Shown: positions 20,156 through 29,616, counted from the first letter of the stretch. The stretch: DNA of 64,000 nucleotides from an uncultured Massilia sp. (GCA_913777025.1 CAJYQM010000090.1:5800-69799), one strand, 5' to 3'. Program-made: numbers and translations. The notes: generated by a model not told the origin, from the letters alone.

Positions 20156-20386
20156 CTATGCGTACAGGCGACTGGACTTCCCCCACTCCGCAGGTATTTC
20201 AACACGCCACCAGCGGCCAGAACGGCTGTAGTGCGGCTCTTCAATGAGATACTTGAGCCATGCGGCGCCACAACTCTTGCATAGCGAGATCGAGATGTCG
20301 GCGCCGTATTCGTCTTCACCAACGGCTACGGTATCGTAATCCTGAAAGTGGAACGGCGGGCGCCTGCAGGTGCATGCCAAAGACAT
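20156..20386 (-). CDS. Small hypothetical protein with CxC and CxxC, possibly C-terminally truncated
   Basis: AAGGAGGA SD before ATG; CTC...CKSCGAAWL...SRSGRWW. Confidence 0.55.
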   Translation of the reverse strand: MSLACTCRRPPFHFQDYDTVAVGEDEYGADISISLCKSCGAAWLKYLIEEPHYSRSGRWWRVEIPAEWGKSSRLYA

Positions 20387-20410
20387 CGTCCTCCTTGAGT
20401 GTACGCGGCC

Positions 20411-20902
20411 TCAACGCATGCAGATCAGGATACCGTAGCCCCGTTCCGCCGTGCGATCAATGAAATCCTTCATGGCCATGAAGCTGGCCGTACAGAACTC
20501 GAGCGCATCCGCTTCCGGTTCCGTGCTCCAGATCGACGGATAGATGTCCTGCTTTTCCATCTCTTCCGGATCGAAACGCTGCGCCAGGGTGTCGGCATCG
20601 ATCCCTTCGAGCGCGTTGGCGATGTCGAGCACCGCATCCGCACCGAGCGCGCGCGCCGGGCCGTAGCCGGTATCGATGTCGCCGACTTCCTGTCCGCCCT
20701 GGCAGATGAAATTCAGCGGCGGCTCGCCTTCCCAGGCGCTGCCGGTCAGCAGGTAGTGAATGGCATGCCATGCCTTGTCGAGCTCGAACTCTTCGATGTC
20801 GGCTTCGTCGCCGTCCAGGATGTCCAGGACCAGGGGCGGATCGGCGAGCAGGTCATCGACGCGCTGTTCGCTCAGGCTGTACAGGCTCAGTTGCATTCCC
20901 AC
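20411..20902 (-). CDS. YfbM/DUF1877 family protein
   Basis: GTG start after AAGGAG; ELDKAWHAIHYLLTG, GYGPAR, IYPSIW motifs. Confidence 0.85.
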   Translation of the reverse strand: MGMQLSLYSLSEQRVDDLLADPPLVLDILDGDEADIEEFELDKAWHAIHYLLTGSAWEGEPPLNFICQGGQEVGDIDTGYGPARALGADAVLDIANALEGIDADTLAQRFDPEEMEKQDIYPSIWSTEPEADALEFCTASFMAMKDFIDRTAERGYGILICMR

Positions 20903-20923
20903 GATGGCGCTCCTTTTTAATGG

Positions 20924-20959
20924 AAAAAGCCACGTCAGCTGACGTGACGTGGCTTTTTT
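20924..20959. terminator. Intrinsic terminator (bidirectional form)
   Basis: AAAAAGCCACGTCA-loop-TGACGTGGCTTTTTT. Confidence 0.8.
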
Positions 20960-20998
20960 GATCATACAACGAAGCGCTTTACTGGATGCCCATCTCTT

Positions 20999-22402
20999 TC
21001 AACAGCTTGCGCGCGTAGCCGGCAACAGCAGAACCACCTCCGTACCCACACCCAATTGGGAGTCGATCGTGACCAGGCCGCCATGCAAGGCGACGATTTC
21101 CCTGAATATCGTCATGCCCAGGCCCGTGCCGGCCGTGTCCGGCTCGCTGCGGGCGCGATAGAAGGGCATGAAAATCTTTGCTTTCTGTTCCGGTGTCATG
21201 CCGATGCCTTTGTCGATCACGCGATAACCGATCATGGGACCGGTTCCGGTTTCGGTCTCGAATAAATCGATGCTGATCTGGCTGGCCGCATGCGAATACT
21301 TGATGGCATTGCTGATCAGGTTGGTCAGGGCTTGCTGCAGCTTCGCGCTGTCCGCGAGGACGTGCGGCAGATCGGGCGCCAGGTGCTTGCGGATACGGCT
21401 GGACGCATTCAGGCCATCCAGGCCCGTCAAGGTTTGCTCGAGCATCGCGGCGGGATCGTGCGGGCGGATATCGAGTTCGTCCTTGCCGCCGGCTTCGATA
21501 CGTGCCAGGTCGAGCATTTCGTTGATCAGGTTGACCAGGCGGCTTGTCTGGCGATGGATGACCGTGACGATCTCGATGCGTTCATCGTGCTCGAATTCAT
21601 GCTTGAGAAGTAATTCCGAAAAGCCGAGCACGCTCGCCATCGGCGTGCGCAACTCATGTGTGGCCGTTACAAAATATTTGCGGCGACGCGCCTCGGCGAC
21701 CTGTGCTTTCTGTTCGTCCGCCTTGCGTGCCGAAATATCGCGTGCGAACAGCGAATAACGGTATGCCCCCGAGGCTTGCAGTATCTTGATCGAGAATTCC
21801 ACTGGAAACAGGCTACCGTCGATGCGCCGGGCGATGGCCTCCAGTTGGTCGGTTTTTCCCGCGCTCATCAAATCGCCCAGCCTGGCCGGATCCTCGCCCA
21901 CCAGGTCGTTCGAATTGCGGCCCACCAGTCCGTTTTCCGTCGCCCCGTACATGGTTTCGGCAACCGCGTTGCAGGCGAGGATAACGCCATCCTCGCCCAG
22001 CATCATCACGCCTTCGGGCATGTGGTCGAGCAGTTCGCGGATTGCCGTCTCGTTGTCCTGCCGCTTTGCACCCGCGTGGCGCAGGGCGTTGGCTGCCAGT
22101 TCGCGTTCCAGCAAAACCGCGAAGTCCGCCAGCATGGCGTGCTGGCTGTCTTCGAGGGGATGGGTGTGAATGTCGAACACGGACAAGGTGCCGGCTTGCT
22201 TCCCATCCGGGCCGCGTACCGGCACGGCGCCGCAAAGTTGCAAATGCAGCAGGTCCTGCGGCCCCGTGGTGCCGAAACCGGCAAGCGAGAAGCGCACTGC
22301 CGGCATGCCGAGTGCCTGTGCGGCAAGCCGCGTGATCCTGTCGAAGCATGCTTCGGCAGACGCGTCTATCGGATCAAATTTCTGAAAGGAAGGATCAGGC
22401 AT
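20999..22402 (-). CDS. Sensor histidine kinase (shortened GAF, PAS, HisKA, HATPase)
   Basis: THELRTP H-box, NLISNAIKYS, DKGIGM, GTGLGM; start codon uncertain. Confidence 0.88.
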   Translation of the reverse strand: MPDPSFQKFDPIDASAEACFDRITRLAAQALGMPAVRFSLAGFGTTGPQDLLHLQLCGAVPVRGPDGKQAGTLSVFDIHTHPLEDSQHAMLADFAVLLERELAANALRHAGAKRQDNETAIRELLDHMPEGVMMLGEDGVILACNAVAETMYGATENGLVGRNSNDLVGEDPARLGDLMSAGKTDQLEAIARRIDGSLFPVEFSIKILQASGAYRYSLFARDISARKADEQKAQVAEARRRKYFVTATHELRTPMASVLGFSELLLKHEFEHDERIEIVTVIHRQTSRLVNLINEMLDLARIEAGGKDELDIRPHDPAAMLEQTLTGLDGLNASSRIRKHLAPDLPHVLADSAKLQQALTNLISNAIKYSHAASQISIDLFETETGTGPMIGYRVIDKGIGMTPEQKAKIFMPFYRARSEPDTAGTGLGMTIFREIVALHGGLVTIDSQLGVGTEVVLLLPATRASC

Positions 22403-22504
22403 ATGAGAGTCGATAATGACCTGTGGATGGTCATCGGCATGCGGTTGAGGTAGCGCGATCCAGTATAGAGCAGTCTTCACCTGGAATGGATTCGGACCGG
22501 ACAC

Positions 22505-22535
22505 AAAAAAGCCACGCCCTTGCGGAGCGTGGCTT
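22505..22535 (-). terminator. Intrinsic terminator of the S46 peptidase gene
   Basis: Minus strand AAGCCACGC-loop-GCGTGGCTTTTTT. Confidence 0.75.
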
Positions 22536-22564
22536 GCCGATACGCCAGCGACGCAGTTGGAGCG

Positions 22565-24724
22565 TTACAGCACGCCCATTTCCTTCAGCAGGTTGTCGGC
22601 GTGATCCACCTTTTCCATGTTCCACAGAATGTAGCGGACGTCGACCTGGATGTCGCGCGTGGCGGCTTTATTGAAATCCCAGTCCGAGATGATCGAGTCC
22701 AGGGTGCCGTCGAAGGCCAGGCCGATCAGCTCACCCTTGGCGTTCAGCGCGGCCGAGCCCGAATTGCCGCCGGTGATGTCCAGCGTCGCCAGGTAGTCGA
22801 CCGGCACGGTCTTCAGCTTCGGGTCCACCCAGCGGCCGAAGTCCCTGGCGCGGATCGCGGCCAGCTGCTTCTCCGGTGCGTTGAACTCGCCTTCGCCGGT
22901 ATGCTTGGCCACCACGCCTTTCACGGTCGTGAACGCGGTCCAGGAACCGGTGCCGTCGGCGCCGTAGTCGCGGCCCTTGATATTGCCGAAGGTCACGCGC
23001 AGGGTCGAGTTGGCGTCCGGGTAGACGGCTTGGCCGCGGCTGGCCATGTAGGCGATCTTGGCCTTCATGTAGCTGGCGTAGGCTTTCTGGATGTTGCCGC
23101 CCAGTTCTTCCTCTTGAGCTTCATCCTTGCGGTCGGCGTCGTACAGGGCGACGGCGGCCTTGATGAAGGCGTCGTTGCTGGTCTGGAACTCGGCCGGCGA
23201 CTTGGTCAGCCAGGTGGTGCGGAAATCCTTGTTAGCCAGTTGCGAACCGGCGTACAGCTTGTCCAGCGCAGTTTTCAGTTCGGCTTCGCCCATGCCCGGC
23301 TTGATGCCGAGCGCGGCGTCGAAGGCGGCATTGTGCTCGTTCGCCGGCTGCGCGCTGTACTGTTTCAGGAAGTTCAGCACCAGCGCCTTGTCGACCTTCT
23401 CGACGTAGGTGCGGTCCTGGCCGGTGATGGTGGCGTTCAGGCGCGGCAGGTCGCGTTCCTGGTAGCCCGACTTGCGCTCGGCATCCGGCTTGGTGCGCTC
23501 GTTGGCGAGGCGGTACAGGATGCGGGCCGAGTTCAGGAAGCGCGGCGTCGAATAACCCAGGAAGAACTCGCGCTTCGTTCCCGCGTCGCGCTCGGCGATC
23601 AGCTTTTCGACGGCTTCGATGTCGGCGCCGAATTCGGCCTTGCGCTGCGGATTGCCGTTGATCCAGGCTTTCAGCGCATTGTGCTCGGCGGTCTTGCGCG
23701 CCAGGATGTCGCTGCCTTCGTAGCTGGCGATCATGCCCTTGCGGTTCTTGTAGTAGTTGTTGACGCCGGCGATCTGGCCAGCATACTTCAGCTTGGCGGC
23801 CGGGTCGTTCTTGGTCTCGCGCTCGATGATCGCCAGGGTCTCGCCCGATGCCTTCACGAAGGCCGGGTAGTTCCAGTCGAAGGTGAATGCCACTTCCGAC
23901 GGCAGGCGGTGGCGGTTGGTGCGGCCCGGGTAGCCCAGTGCCATGATGAAGTCGCCTTCCTTGACGCCTTCCCTGGCAATCTTGAGCACGTGCTTCGGCT
24001 GGTAGGGGACGTTGTCCTTCGAGAAGTCGGCGGCCTTGCCGTCGCGGCTCACGTAGGCGCGGTAGAAGCCGTAGTCGCCGGTGTGGCGCGGCCACATCCA
24101 GTTGTCGGTGTCGCCGCCGAATTTACCGACGCCCGACGGCGGCGCGTGCACCAGGCGCACGTCGCGGATTTCCAGCTGCTTGATGCGGTAGAACTCGAGG
24201 CCGCCGTAGAAGCTGGCCACGGTGCAGCGGTAGCCGGCATCCTTCTCGCACTCGGCCACCAGCGTCTTCTGGTTCTTTTCCATCGCTTCCACGCGCGCGC
24301 GGCCGGTCAGCTTCGCCACGTCCGGCGTGACGACGCGGTCGGTGACGTTGGCGACTTCCTCGGTCACGAACACGCGGCTGCCCGGCGCGGCCGGCAGTTC
24401 GTCCGCCATGGTCTTGGCCAGGAAGCCGTTGGTCAGCAGGTCGCGCTCCGGCGTGGAGTTGACCGCCACGCTGTTGTAGACGCAGTGATGGTTGGTGATC
24501 ACCAGGCCCTGGGGCGATACGAACGAGGCCGAACAGCCGCCCAGGCTCACCACCGCGCCCATCGGGAATTCGGTCAGTTTGGTCAGGGTGGCCGGGTCCA
24601 GCTTCAGGCCGGCGGCTTTCAGTTGCTTGGCTACTTGTGGCAGCTGCTGCGGCATCCACATGCCTTCGTCGGCATGTGCGGCGAAGCTGGTCAGGATGGC
24701 GAGCGACAGGAGGGTTTTTTTCAT
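22565..24724 (-). CDS. S46-family dipeptidyl peptidase (DPP7/DAP BII-like)
   Basis: Signal peptide, DEGMW, TNHHC, DNWMWPRHTGD, DITGGNSGS; GLAFDG has Gly at the S1-determining position as in DPP7. Confidence 0.92.
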   Translation of the reverse strand: MKKTLLSLAILTSFAAHADEGMWMPQQLPQVAKQLKAAGLKLDPATLTKLTEFPMGAVVSLGGCSASFVSPQGLVITNHHCVYNSVAVNSTPERDLLTNGFLAKTMADELPAAPGSRVFVTEEVANVTDRVVTPDVAKLTGRARVEAMEKNQKTLVAECEKDAGYRCTVASFYGGLEFYRIKQLEIRDVRLVHAPPSGVGKFGGDTDNWMWPRHTGDYGFYRAYVSRDGKAADFSKDNVPYQPKHVLKIAREGVKEGDFIMALGYPGRTNRHRLPSEVAFTFDWNYPAFVKASGETLAIIERETKNDPAAKLKYAGQIAGVNNYYKNRKGMIASYEGSDILARKTAEHNALKAWINGNPQRKAEFGADIEAVEKLIAERDAGTKREFFLGYSTPRFLNSARILYRLANERTKPDAERKSGYQERDLPRLNATITGQDRTYVEKVDKALVLNFLKQYSAQPANEHNAAFDAALGIKPGMGEAELKTALDKLYAGSQLANKDFRTTWLTKSPAEFQTSNDAFIKAAVALYDADRKDEAQEEELGGNIQKAYASYMKAKIAYMASRGQAVYPDANSTLRVTFGNIKGRDYGADGTGSWTAFTTVKGVVAKHTGEGEFNAPEKQLAAIRARDFGRWVDPKLKTVPVDYLATLDITGGNSGSAALNAKGELIGLAFDGTLDSIISDWDFNKAATRDIQVDVRYILWNMEKVDHADNLLKEMGVL

Positions 24725-24732
24725 TGTGTGGT

Positions 24733-24851
24733 GGGAGCCTCCACAACCTACTGCGCGTCGCACTGCCGGCCTGCGATGCTCGCTGTACTACTCGTACAGC
24801 TGCGCTTCTCGGCCAGCATTGCTTCCGCTCGCTACGGTTGTAGAGGCCCCT
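24733..24851. mobile_element. About 119-bp MITE-like non-coding long-hairpin element
   Basis: Terminal IRs GGGAGCCTCCACAACC / GGTTGTAGAGGCCCC with internal stems (GCTGTAC-tactc-GTACAGC). Confidence 0.6.
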
Positions 24852-24937
24852 GACAAGTTGGGTGGATTGGGGCTCGAAAAGCCGCAATAGTATCCATAAC
24901 GAGATAGCCAAGCGTCAACCGTTATTTCCAGTCAATT

Positions 24938-26215
24938 TTATAGCTGCGCACCGACCAGGTCGGCCAGCTCGCCGGCCACCTTGTCGGTCAGCGGCCGATT
25001 TTCCCATTGCTGCAGCGAAACCGGGCGCGCGCGGCGCCAGTCGTCCTCGAACACGGCCTCCTGCTGCTTGGCGAAGCCTTCGTCGAGCACGTTCAGGTTG
25101 GCCTCGTCGTTCAGGCTGAACGAGCGGTTGTCGAAGTTGGTCGAGCCGACCGACACCAGCAGCGAATCCACCACCAGCGACTTCACATGGAACATCGTCG
25201 GCTGGTACTCGGCCATCTTGACGCCGGCTTCGAGCAGCTCTCCCCAGCGCTCGCGCGAGGCGGCGCGCACGATGTCGGAATCGATGATCTTGCCGGGCGT
25301 GATGATGCGCACCTCGACCCCGCGCCTGGCGGCGGCGGCCAGCGCATTCACCGTCAGCTCGTCCGGCACGAAGTAGGAGTTCGACAGGTGGATGGTGCGC
25401 CGCGCCGCGGTGATCGCCATCAGGTACATCAGGTGCATGCTCTCGCTGCCGCCGGTGGGCGAGCTGGAAAACATCTGGGCCGGCATGTCGCCCTTCGGCG
25501 CCAGCGGCGGGAAGTAATCGGGACCGTCCAGCACCACGCCGGTGGCCTTGGTCCAGTTATCGTTGAACACGGCCTGCATCTGGCCGACCACCGGGCCCTC
25601 GACGCGGAAGTGGGTGTCGCGCCAGTGGTCTTCGTCCTGGCCGTTGCCTCGCCATTTGTCGGCGATGCCGACGCCGCCGGTGAAGCCGATGCGGCCATCG
25701 GTGATGAGCAGTTTGCGGTGGGTGCGGTTATTCATGCGCGCCAGCTTCCACCAGACCGGCTTGTGGTAGCGGTGCAGATCGACGCCGGCCTTGCGCATCT
25801 CGTCGATCTCGGCGTCGCTGATCTTCATGCTGCCGACCCAGTCGAGCAGCACATGCACCTTGACGCCGGCACGCGCGCGTTCCGACAGGGCCTCGGTGAA
25901 TTCCTTGCCGATGCTGCCGGACCAGTAGATATAGGTTTCGAAGTTGATCGAGTGCCGGGCTTCGCGGATCGCCTTCAGCATGGCGGGGAAGATCTGGTCG
26001 CCGTTGAGCAGCACCTCGACCTGGTTGCCCTCGATGATGGGCGGTCCCAGCAGCACGCCGAGCGAGCGGCGGAACTGGGCGTCGTGGGTATCGTACTGGC
26101 GCGTCAACTGGGTCTCGATCTTTTTCTCGCTCGGCATGAAGTTGAGCAGGAGCAGGCCGGCCACCAGTGTGGCGATTACGGAAAGCAAAGATACGATGGG
26201 TTTCTTGACGCGCAT
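24938..26215 (-). CDS. cls: Cardiolipin synthase (phospholipase D family)
   Basis: Two HKD motifs (HRKLLITDG, HVKSLVVD), GSTNFDNRSF. Confidence 0.92.
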   Translation of the reverse strand: MRVKKPIVSLLSVIATLVAGLLLLNFMPSEKKIETQLTRQYDTHDAQFRRSLGVLLGPPIIEGNQVEVLLNGDQIFPAMLKAIREARHSINFETYIYWSGSIGKEFTEALSERARAGVKVHVLLDWVGSMKISDAEIDEMRKAGVDLHRYHKPVWWKLARMNNRTHRKLLITDGRIGFTGGVGIADKWRGNGQDEDHWRDTHFRVEGPVVGQMQAVFNDNWTKATGVVLDGPDYFPPLAPKGDMPAQMFSSSPTGGSESMHLMYLMAITAARRTIHLSNSYFVPDELTVNALAAAARRGVEVRIITPGKIIDSDIVRAASRERWGELLEAGVKMAEYQPTMFHVKSLVVDSLLVSVGSTNFDNRSFSLNDEANLNVLDEGFAKQQEAVFEDDWRRARPVSLQQWENRPLTDKVAGELADLVGAQL

Positions 26216-26230
26216 AAATATTCAAGACAT

Positions 26231-26263
26231 AAAAAAACCAACGCTGGAGGAGCGTTGGTTTTT
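26231..26263. terminator. Intrinsic terminator downstream of the GlsB-like gene
   Basis: AAAAAAACCAACGCT-ggagg-AGCGTTGGTTTTT. Confidence 0.8.
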
Positions 26264-26283
26264 AGGTGGACAACTGCACTCGC

Positions 26284-26553
26284 TTAGCGGACGCGGCCGC
26301 GGCGCAGCAGGTTCACAATGGCCAGCAGGATGACAGCACCCAGGAACGAGACCAGCAGCGACGATACGCTGAAGTCGTCGGAGTTGATGGTGCCGGAGCC
26401 AAACAGCGGCGACAGCAGCCAGCCGCCCAGGAAGGCGCCGACGATACCGACCACGACATTGAGAATCATGCCTTGTTCGGCGTCAGTTTTCATGACCATG
26501 CTGGCGAGCCAGCCGAGAATACCACCAACAACGATCCAGATAATGAATAACAT
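26284..26553 (-). CDS. GlsB/YeaQ/YmgE stress-response membrane protein
   Basis: WIVVGGILGWLAS..NVVVGIVGAFLGG..GAVILL; GAGGAA SD. Confidence 0.9.
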   Translation of the reverse strand: MLFIIWIVVGGILGWLASMVMKTDAEQGMILNVVVGIVGAFLGGWLLSPLFGSGTINSDDFSVSSLLVSFLGAVILLAIVNLLRRGRVR

Positions 26554-26646
26554 GGTTGCTTCCTCCTCAAGTTGGAAAACATACTCCAGGCCAATTGATT
26601 GCCGAGGCCATGAGCAAAGTCTAATGATGGGAACACCGTGGGGTCG

Positions 26647-26660
26647 GTGCGGCAACGAAC
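26647..26660 (-). promoter_or_regulatory. CRP/FNR-like site GTTCG-N4-CGCAC, 23 nt upstream of -10 TAGACT
   Basis: Same motif and spacing at 26716 and 43206. Confidence 0.6.
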
Positions 26661-26715
26661 GTTAGACGCGCAAACTCCGGCGGCGTTCTTTCGAGTTTGA
26701 AATCTCTCGAATAGA

Positions 26716-26729
26716 GTGCGTCATCGAAC
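26716..26729 (+). promoter_or_regulatory. CRP/FNR-like site GTGCG-N4-CGAAC, 22 nt upstream of -10 TATCGT
   Basis: Same motif and spacing at 26647 and 43206. Confidence 0.6.
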
Positions 26730-26823
26730 AGAGGCTACTGTTGTGCGGGCATATCGTGGCCTCACTTTGCAGCACACGATGCAAGACAAACGTTCCGCAC
26801 ATCGACCTTTGAAAGGACTCATC

Positions 26824-28323
26824 ATGAGCATGTTCGACACCAACGATCAGAATAAACAGAACCGCATGGTTACCGGCCTTTTCCCCGACCGCGCCAGCGC
26901 CGAACGCGCGTACAACGCGATTTCCACGCGTGGCTACGGCAAGGACGACGTCAACCTGATGATGTCCGACTCGACCCGCAAGACCCACTTCGGCGACACT
27001 GAAACCGAACTGGGCAGCAAGGCCGCCGAAGGCGCCGCCGCCGGCGCCGGTATCGGCGGCACCATCGGCGCCGTGCTGGCCGGTATCGCCGCGCTGGGCA
27101 CGACCCTGGTGATCCCGGGCGCAGGCCTGGTGGTGGCAGGTCCGCTGGCCGCGGCCCTGGCCGGCGCTGGCGCGGGCGGCATCACCGGTGGCCTGATCGG
27201 CGCGCTGATCGGCGCCGGCATTCCGGAAGAACGCGTCAAGCACTATGAAGAAGGCATCAACAAGGGCGGCATCCTGATGGGCGTGAATGCGCGCTCGGAT
27301 GAAGACGTGACCCACATCCAGAATTCGTTCAACGAACACGGCGGCTCGCACGTGATCGGCACCGGCATCGGCGCCGCAGCGGGTGCCGCCACCGGCGCCG
27401 CCATCGGCTCGGCCGCCGGCCCGATCGGCACCGTGGCCGGTGCCGCGATCGGCGGCATCGCCGGCGGCATGGCCGGCAAGGGCGTCGGCGAAGTCGTGAA
27501 CCCGAAAGCGGGCGACGACCTGGGTGAACACTACATGGCCAAGGGCGTGGGCGCAGGCGCCGGCGCCGCGATGGGCGCCGCTGCCGGCTCCGTCGCCGGT
27601 CCGATCGGCATGGCCGCAGGGGCGGCAATCGGCGGCCTGGCCGGCGGTGCCGCAGGCCGTGGCGCAGGCGAAGTCGTGAATCCGCACTCGGAAGACCGCC
27701 TGCATGAACACAACCTGGCCCAGGGTACCGGTGCCGGCGCCGGCGCGCTGGCGGGTGCCTCCATCGGCGCGGCCGGTGGCCCGATCGGTGCCGTGGCCGG
27801 TGCCGCGATCGGCGGCATCGCCGGCGGCATGGCCGGCAAGGGCGCGGGCGAAGTCGTGAATCCGAAGGCGGGCGACGAGCTGCATGAGCACAACCTGGCC
27901 GGCGGCGTCGGCACCGGCGGCGGCGCGGCTGCGGGCGCGGCGCTGGGTGCGGTCGGCGGTCCGGTCGGCATGGCGGCCGGTGCGGCCATCGGCGGCATCG
28001 CCGGCGGCATGCTGGGCAAGGGCGCCGGTCACCTGGTCAACCCGACCGAGGAAGACAACTACTGGCGCAGCAACTATCAGACCCAGCCGTACTACACCCC
28101 GGGCTACACCTACGACGACTACGCGCCGGCCTACGCGCTGGGCTACAACAACGCGCGCCGCTTCCCGAACTACGACACGGCCGAGCCGCACTTCGCCGAC
28201 GAATGGGATCGCGTGAAGGGTTCCTCGCGCCTGTCGTGGGCACAGGCCAAGTCGGCCAGCCGCTCGGCATGGGACAGGGTCGAGCGCGCGATTCCGGGCG
28301 ATTCGGATCGCGACGGCCGCTGA
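26824..28323 (+). CDS. General-stress-type protein with four tandem 60-aa glycine-zipper repeats
   Basis: AAGGA SD; N-terminal stress-protein-like domain, 180-bp repeats at about 27350-28045, aromatic C-terminal domain. Confidence 0.8.
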   Translation: MSMFDTNDQNKQNRMVTGLFPDRASAERAYNAISTRGYGKDDVNLMMSDSTRKTHFGDTETELGSKAAEGAAAGAGIGGTIGAVLAGIAALGTTLVIPGAGLVVAGPLAAALAGAGAGGITGGLIGALIGAGIPEERVKHYEEGINKGGILMGVNARSDEDVTHIQNSFNEHGGSHVIGTGIGAAAGAATGAAIGSAAGPIGTVAGAAIGGIAGGMAGKGVGEVVNPKAGDDLGEHYMAKGVGAGAGAAMGAAAGSVAGPIGMAAGAAIGGLAGGAAGRGAGEVVNPHSEDRLHEHNLAQGTGAGAGALAGASIGAAGGPIGAVAGAAIGGIAGGMAGKGAGEVVNPKAGDELHEHNLAGGVGTGGGAAAGAALGAVGGPVGMAAGAAIGGIAGGMLGKGAGHLVNPTEEDNYWRSNYQTQPYYTPGYTYDDYAPAYALGYNNARRFPNYDTAEPHFADEWDRVKGSSRLSWAQAKSASRSAWDRVERAIPGDSDRDGR

Positions 28324-28390
28324 TCGCTATGGTGGCCGCGGCGGGCTCAGGCTTTCCGTAGCCACTGTCAAGTTCGCGAATCGCGTAATG

Positions 28391-28426
28391 AAAAGCCCCG
28401 GGGCCTGTGAAGGCCCCGGGGCTTTT
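28391..28426. terminator. Bidirectional intrinsic terminator
   Basis: AAAAGCCCCGGGGCCT-gtga-AGGCCCCGGGGCTTTT between convergent genes. Confidence 0.9.
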
Positions 28427-28452
28427 GTCGTGTGCTTCTTTGAGAAAGCGGA

Positions 28453-29022
28453 TTACTGCTTCTGGCCTTCGACCTGGATCGCCAGCTTCACTTCCGGATT
28501 GAAGCCCATCTGGGTGCCGTAGCTCACACCGAAGTCGCTGCGGTTGAAGGTGGCCGAGGCATCCGCGCCGCAGACTTCCTTCTTGGTCATCGGGTTGATC
28601 ATGCACTTGAACTTGTTGATGGTCAGCGTCACCGGCTTGGTCACGCCGTGCAGGGTCAGTTCGCCGTTGACCGAAGCGGGGGTGTCGCCCTTGAATACCA
28701 GCTTGCCCTTGTAGGTCGCGGTCGGGAACTGGGCGACGTCGAACATGTCCTTGCCCTTGGCGTGCTCGTTCATCTTGTCATGGCCGAAGTCCAGGCTGGT
28801 GGCGTCGATGGTGATGTCGACGCTGCCGGTCTTGGCGGCGCGGTCCAGCACGATGCTGCCTTCGGTGTGGTTGAACTTGCCGCGCCAGGTCGACAGGCCG
28901 CCGAAGTGGTCGGCTTCGAAGCTCGGGTAGGTGTGGGCCGGGTCGATCTTATAGGTGTCGGCGGCGAATGCGCTGGTGGCGAAGGCGGCGGCCAGCAGGG
29001 CCAGGCTCAGTTTCATTTTCAT
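28453..29022 (-). CDS. YceI-family polyisoprenoid-binding protein
   Basis: Signal peptide; YKIDPAHT, GELTLHGVTKPV, RSDFGV. Confidence 0.92.
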   Translation of the reverse strand: MKMKLSLALLAAAFATSAFAADTYKIDPAHTYPSFEADHFGGLSTWRGKFNHTEGSIVLDRAAKTGSVDITIDATSLDFGHDKMNEHAKGKDMFDVAQFPTATYKGKLVFKGDTPASVNGELTLHGVTKPVTLTINKFKCMINPMTKKEVCGADASATFNRSDFGVSYGTQMGFNPEVKLAIQVEGQKQ

Positions 29023-29061
29023 GGTTGTTTTCTCTCGGGTTGATTGCGTGGGTGGGTTTGC

Positions 29062-29616
29062 TTACTGTCCCGCTGCTACACGGAACTTGATGACGACTTC
29101 ATCGGCGACCATGCTGGTGTCTTTCCACTCGCCTTCGCCGATGTTGAAAGCCAGGCGCTTGATCGGCAGCTGGCCTTCGAAAACTTGCTGGGCGCCCTGC
29201 GCCTTGACGCTCAGCGGGAAGCTGACGTCCTGGGTGCGGCCCTTGATGGTCAGCTTGCCGCTGACGCTCAGCTTGCCGGCGCCGGCCGGCTTGATCGCCG
29301 TGGACACGAAGCTCGCCTTCGGGAACTGGGCCGAATTGAACCACTCCTTCTTGGCGATTTCCTTGTTGTACTCGGGCGTGCCGATGTCCATGCTGGCGGT
29401 GTCGATGTCGACGCGTGCCGTGGCCTTGTCCGGATGCGCGGCGTCGTAGTCGATCTGGGCGGAAAAGCGCTTGAACGGCGATTCGACCGGCACGTCCATC
29501 TGCTTGAACACGGCCGAGACGCTCGAGTGGGCGACGTCGGTCTTCAGCGGGACGGCGGCGGCCACCAGGGCGGTGGCGGCGAGGGCGGCGGCGAGCAGGA
29601 TGCGTTTGGGTTTCAT
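29062..29616 (-). CDS. YceI-family protein
   Basis: FKQMDVPV, WFNSAQFPKASF, GKLTIKG, IKRLAFNIGEGEW. Confidence 0.9.
   Translation of the reverse strand: MKPKRILLAAALAATALVAAAVPLKTDVAHSSVSAVFKQMDVPVESPFKRFSAQIDYDAAHPDKATARVDIDTASMDIGTPEYNKEIAKKEWFNSAQFPKASFVSTAIKPAGAGKLSVSGKLTIKGRTQDVSFPLSVKAQGAQQVFEGQLPIKRLAFNIGEGEWKDTSMVADEVVIKFRVAAGQ

Noticed and set aside
27350-28045. Regularly spaced repeats as a possible CRISPR array
   Set aside because: In-frame 180-bp coding repeats with no unique spacers and no cas genes
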